A stretch of 31,239 nucleotides of DNA from the IMG/VR virus record IMGVR_UViG_3300037245_002365. The stretch is one strand, 5' to 3'. The DNA is from a virus. Its lineage: Duplodnaviria; Heunggongvirae; Uroviricota; Caudoviricetes. Below, piece by piece: positions 28,124 to 31,239 of this stretch. Numbering within the stretch: position 1 is the first letter of the stretch; each line of letters begins with the position of its first letter. Under the pieces are notes generated by a model. It worked only from the letters and a program-made list of their open reading frames with translations. It was not told the origin of the DNA and made no database searches. The translations under genes and the position numbers were made by a program.

Positions 28124-28786
28124 ATGAAATTAACAATTGGTATTCCTACCATAAACAGAGCGGATTTGTTGGCTGAAGCCTTAGAGGATATAAAGACCAT
28201 GGCAAATGATCTTCATAGCCTTATTTTAGTTGATAATGGAAACCAAGTAATACATATTCCAGAGGAGTTAGTTGGTATTACACACCTATACAGACCCGGA
28301 ACTAACCTTGGAGTAAGCGGTAGTTGGAATTATATGCTACGTAAAGCTTACAATGAGGATGGTACAGATAACGTGTTGTTATTAAATGACGACATCGTAT
28401 TTGGGAAATCTGTGAATGAGGTAAATACAATTATTTCAAACCACCCAAACTACCAAACTGTTGTTGGGCCAAAACATTGGTGTACGGTACTTGTATCCAA
28501 GCGATGTATAGAAACTGTTGGATATTTTGATGAAAAGTTTTTTCCAGCATATTATGAAGACAATGATTATGCATATAGAATAAACTTATTGCATAATGCA
28601 GACCCAGAAAACTATAATGGATTAGAGCTTGATCTAGCACTTAATCCTAAAGTATTTAGAAATTCTATGACTATTCAGAAAGACAAAACTTTAAATAAAC
28701 ACTTTAGTGAAAATAAAAAGTATTTTATAAAGAAATGGGGCGGAAAGCCACACAAAGAAACATTTACAAAACCATTTAACAAGTAA
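28124..28786 (+). CDS. Glycosyltransferase family 2
   Basis: IGIPTINR, LVDNG, NLGVSGSWN, LLLNDD and GYFDEKFFPAYYEDNDY. Confidence 0.9.
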   Translation: MKLTIGIPTINRADLLAEALEDIKTMANDLHSLILVDNGNQVIHIPEELVGITHLYRPGTNLGVSGSWNYMLRKAYNEDGTDNVLLLNDDIVFGKSVNEVNTIISNHPNYQTVVGPKHWCTVLVSKRCIETVGYFDEKFFPAYYEDNDYAYRINLLHNADPENYNGLELDLALNPKVFRNSMTIQKDKTLNKHFSENKKYFIKKWGGKPHKETFTKPFNK

Positions 28787-29988
28787 TGGAAGAAAAAAGA
28801 AAGATACCACTGTTTAAAGTATATATGTCAGACACGGCTAAAGATGCTGTGGGAACTGTATTAGATAGTGGATACATAGGACAAGGTCCTAAAGTTGAAG
28901 AATTTGAAGGAGCGCTTAAAGATAGATTTAATCACGATTTTGTTCTTACAACCAATAGTGCCACTTCAGCAGAACACCTAGCGTTGCACATGCTAAAAAA
29001 AGCAGCAGAGCATCGTCACGCCCCTTTAAATATTCCTGGATATACGGTTAAAAACTGGCCTGGAATACAAGAAGGCGACGAAGTGTTAACAAGCGCTTTA
29101 ACCTGCACAGCAACTAACTGGCCTATTTTAGCAAACAACTATAGGATTAAATGGGTTGATGTTGATGAGAATACTCTAAATATGGACCTAGACGACCTAG
29201 CACGCAAGATAACGCCGACAACTAAAGTAATTTATTTAGTACATTGGGGCGGGTATCCTTTAGATTTAGATCGTGTAAAAGCTATTCAAGAGAAGGCATA
29301 TAGTATGTACGGTTTTAAACCAGCCGTGATAGAAGACTGTGCGCATTCTTTTGGAAGCACCTATAAAAATAAGCCAATAGGTACACATGGAAATATCTGT
29401 ACATTTAGTTTTCAAGCTATTAAGCATGTAACCTCTGTCGATGGTGGAGCACTTTTTGTTCCTCATGAGGAGTTATATAAAAGAGGAAAACTGTTACGTT
29501 GGTATGGTATAGACCGTGAATCTAATAGAAAAGATTTTAGATGTGAAGCAGATGTCGTAGAGTGGGGTTTCAAATTCCACATGAATGATGTTTCCGCAGC
29601 AGTTGGAATCGAGAATTTAAAACATGCGGATGAGATTGTTGGGAAACATAAAGACAACGCAGCTTATTATAATGAGGCGTTAAAAGGTGTTTCGGGAGTT
29701 ACTCTCCTAGAAAACAAAGATGACCGTGAATCTGCCTATTGGCTTTATACTATAAAAGTAAAAGACCGTGATAAATTCACAGAACATATGGCAAAGCATG
29801 GCATAGCCGTAAGTCGCGTGCATGAACGCAACGATTTGCATACAACAGTACGAGAGTATATCACCGCCTTACCAGCATTAGATAAGGTTGTTAAAGAAAT
29901 GATTTGTATTCCAGTAGGCTGGTGGGTCACTGAAGAAGACCGCGAGTATATTGTAGAAACAATCAAGAGTGGCTGGAATGAGAACTAA
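28786..29988 (+). CDS. DegT/DnrJ/EryC1/StrS family PLP-dependent sugar aminotransferase
   Basis: GPKVEEFE, NSATSA, VHWGG, IEDCAH and FSFQAIKHVT (PLP lysine), DGGA. Confidence 0.95.
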   Translation: MEEKRKIPLFKVYMSDTAKDAVGTVLDSGYIGQGPKVEEFEGALKDRFNHDFVLTTNSATSAEHLALHMLKKAAEHRHAPLNIPGYTVKNWPGIQEGDEVLTSALTCTATNWPILANNYRIKWVDVDENTLNMDLDDLARKITPTTKVIYLVHWGGYPLDLDRVKAIQEKAYSMYGFKPAVIEDCAHSFGSTYKNKPIGTHGNICTFSFQAIKHVTSVDGGALFVPHEELYKRGKLLRWYGIDRESNRKDFRCEADVVEWGFKFHMNDVSAAVGIENLKHADEIVGKHKDNAAYYNEALKGVSGVTLLENKDDRESAYWLYTIKVKDRDKFTEHMAKHGIAVSRVHERNDLHTTVREYITALPALDKVVKEMICIPVGWWVTEEDREYIVETIKSGWNEN

Positions 29989-30700
29989 CTATATGGTAGC
30001 CTGCTGGGCAGGCGCAAGACGTAGGAAAGATCCTAATTATATTAATGATAGTGCTTACTACGTAAAAGAAAATATCAAACAGTTGTCCAAATTAAAACAT
30101 AATCTGGACCAGATTACTTTTATAGTGAATAAAAATGACGATCAAGTATACAATACTTACATGTCCAACTTAAATGGCAGTATGATAGGAACAGCTAAAG
30201 TAGAGGTCTTATTTAGACCTAACATCGGAATGTCTTACGCTGCTTGGGAACATGGATATAAACATAGTAAAGGGAAGTTTAAGTACTACATTATAAATGA
30301 AGACGACTACCTACCATATATGGATAACTTTGATACGCTATTAGAGGATATAATTTTAGAGAAGAAAGTTGATTACGTTTGTGGTATATACACAGACCAC
30401 GCAGCTTTCTGTCCTGGGATAATGTTGGCAGCAACACTTGATGCGATTTATCTTCGCGGGGGAAACCTGCCTTCTAGCAAAACTGCTACTAACTATGGAG
30501 ATACAGAAAATATAGGACAACGCGGTTACGACAAAGCCTTTACTAAGTTAGGTTATTTAGTAAAAGCTTATCAAGACAAAGGCTATTTAACGATATTCGA
30601 AGAAGCTAACGGAAGCTTCACTTATTATGGCGATAAAGCAGCCCCTTCAATTATAGTCCCAGTAAATTATCTGGAGTGGAGTAAAAAACAAGATGTATAA
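29978..30700 (+). CDS. Hypothetical protein, possibly a GT-A-fold glycosyltransferase
   Basis: RPNIGMSYAAW and YYIINEDDY (DxD-like) within the sugar cluster. ATG 29978 is preferred over GTG 29969. Confidence 0.55.
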   Translation: MRTNYMVACWAGARRRKDPNYINDSAYYVKENIKQLSKLKHNLDQITFIVNKNDDQVYNTYMSNLNGSMIGTAKVEVLFRPNIGMSYAAWEHGYKHSKGKFKYYIINEDDYLPYMDNFDTLLEDIILEKKVDYVCGIYTDHAAFCPGIMLAATLDAIYLRGGNLPSSKTATNYGDTENIGQRGYDKAFTKLGYLVKAYQDKGYLTIFEEANGSFTYYGDKAAPSIIVPVNYLEWSKKQDV

Positions 30701-31239
30701 ACATAAAAATGGACTTACTTTACGGAAAGTAGAGCTAAGAGATTTAGAAAAACTTAAAGAATTATTAGATACAACATGGTATGGTAGACATACTTGGTCA
30801 TTCATTTCTACTTGTGATCAAGTGGATTGGTATGAAAATTTACGTAAAGACAAAACTAAAATGTTTTGCCTAGTGTCTCAAGAAGACAAAGATGTAGGTC
30901 TTTATAAATTAAATAATATTGATTTGATCAATGGTGTGGCTGACTCAGCACACGATGTATTTGCAGAGTTTCAAGGTAAGGGACTTGGCTATACATTACT
31001 TGAAGCTGGGGTAGACATGGCATTTGAAATGCTTCCCATACACCGACTTAATACAGAAGTATTAACCAACAATATTGCCTCACGCAAAACAGCTATTAAT
31101 GCTGGATACACTCCAGAGGGCTTTAAACGTGAATCTGTATATCGTTGTGGAGATCGTTTAACTTCAGAATTCTTTGGCTTACTGAGAGAGGAATGGATGG
31201 AATTAGAAAGAGTAAAGGCTATGGGAAATTGTTGTAATT
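30693..31239 (+). CDS. GNAT N-acetyltransferase, RimJ/RimL/PseH-like (partial, runs off the right edge)
   Basis: Not in the ORF track. ATG 30693 gives MYKHKNGLTLRKVELRDLE...EFQGKGLG...AFEMLPIHRLNTEVLTNNIAS...GYTPEG, open to the window end. Confidence 0.88.
   Translation, partial: MYKHKNGLTLRKVELRDLEKLKELLDTTWYGRHTWSFISTCDQVDWYENLRKDKTKMFCLVSQEDKDVGLYKLNNIDLINGVADSAHDVFAEFQGKGLGYTLLEAGVDMAFEMLPIHRLNTEVLTNNIASRKTAINAGYTPEGFKRESVYRCGDRLTSEFFGLLREEWMELERVKAMGNCCN

Noticed and set aside
1-31239. Active stop-codon recoding, tRNA genes or inteins in this window
   Set aside because: Genes tile the window under code 11 with no in-frame TAG/TGA interruptions. No gap shows a cloverleaf, and no intein-like insertion is evident in the helicase or primase motifs.

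Overview
AT-rich fragment of a large contractile-tailed (myovirus-like) bacteriophage genome, organised as two divergent, tightly packed operons separated by a 124-bp intergenic region (17203-17326). The minus-strand arm (1-17202) is a tail/baseplate module: tail assembly chaperone with a -1 frameshift extension, tape-measure-like protein, hub-like protein, a phage sigma-70-family factor in the middle of the module, gp25-like and J-like wedge proteins, a free-standing HNH endonuclease and a partial fibre-like gene. The plus-strand arm (17327-31239) is a replication/recombination and accessory module: SF2 helicase, peptide deformylase, PF10107-like nuclease, AEP primase-PriL-like-helicase fusion, MBL-fold nuclease, DEDDy exonuclease, AAA_24/Sak4-like ATPase, DUF669 SSB, amidase, GIY-YIG endonuclease, RecU and an amino-sugar cluster (GT2, DegT aminotransferase, GT-like, GNAT). 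The most unusual signals are (i) a non-Shine-Dalgarno WAACCAW motif whose AACC core ends 10-13 nt before 12 start codons, almost all in the plus-strand arm, and (ii) exclusive use of TAA as stop in all 29 complete genes. All product calls come from motif recognition by eye, not from database searches.
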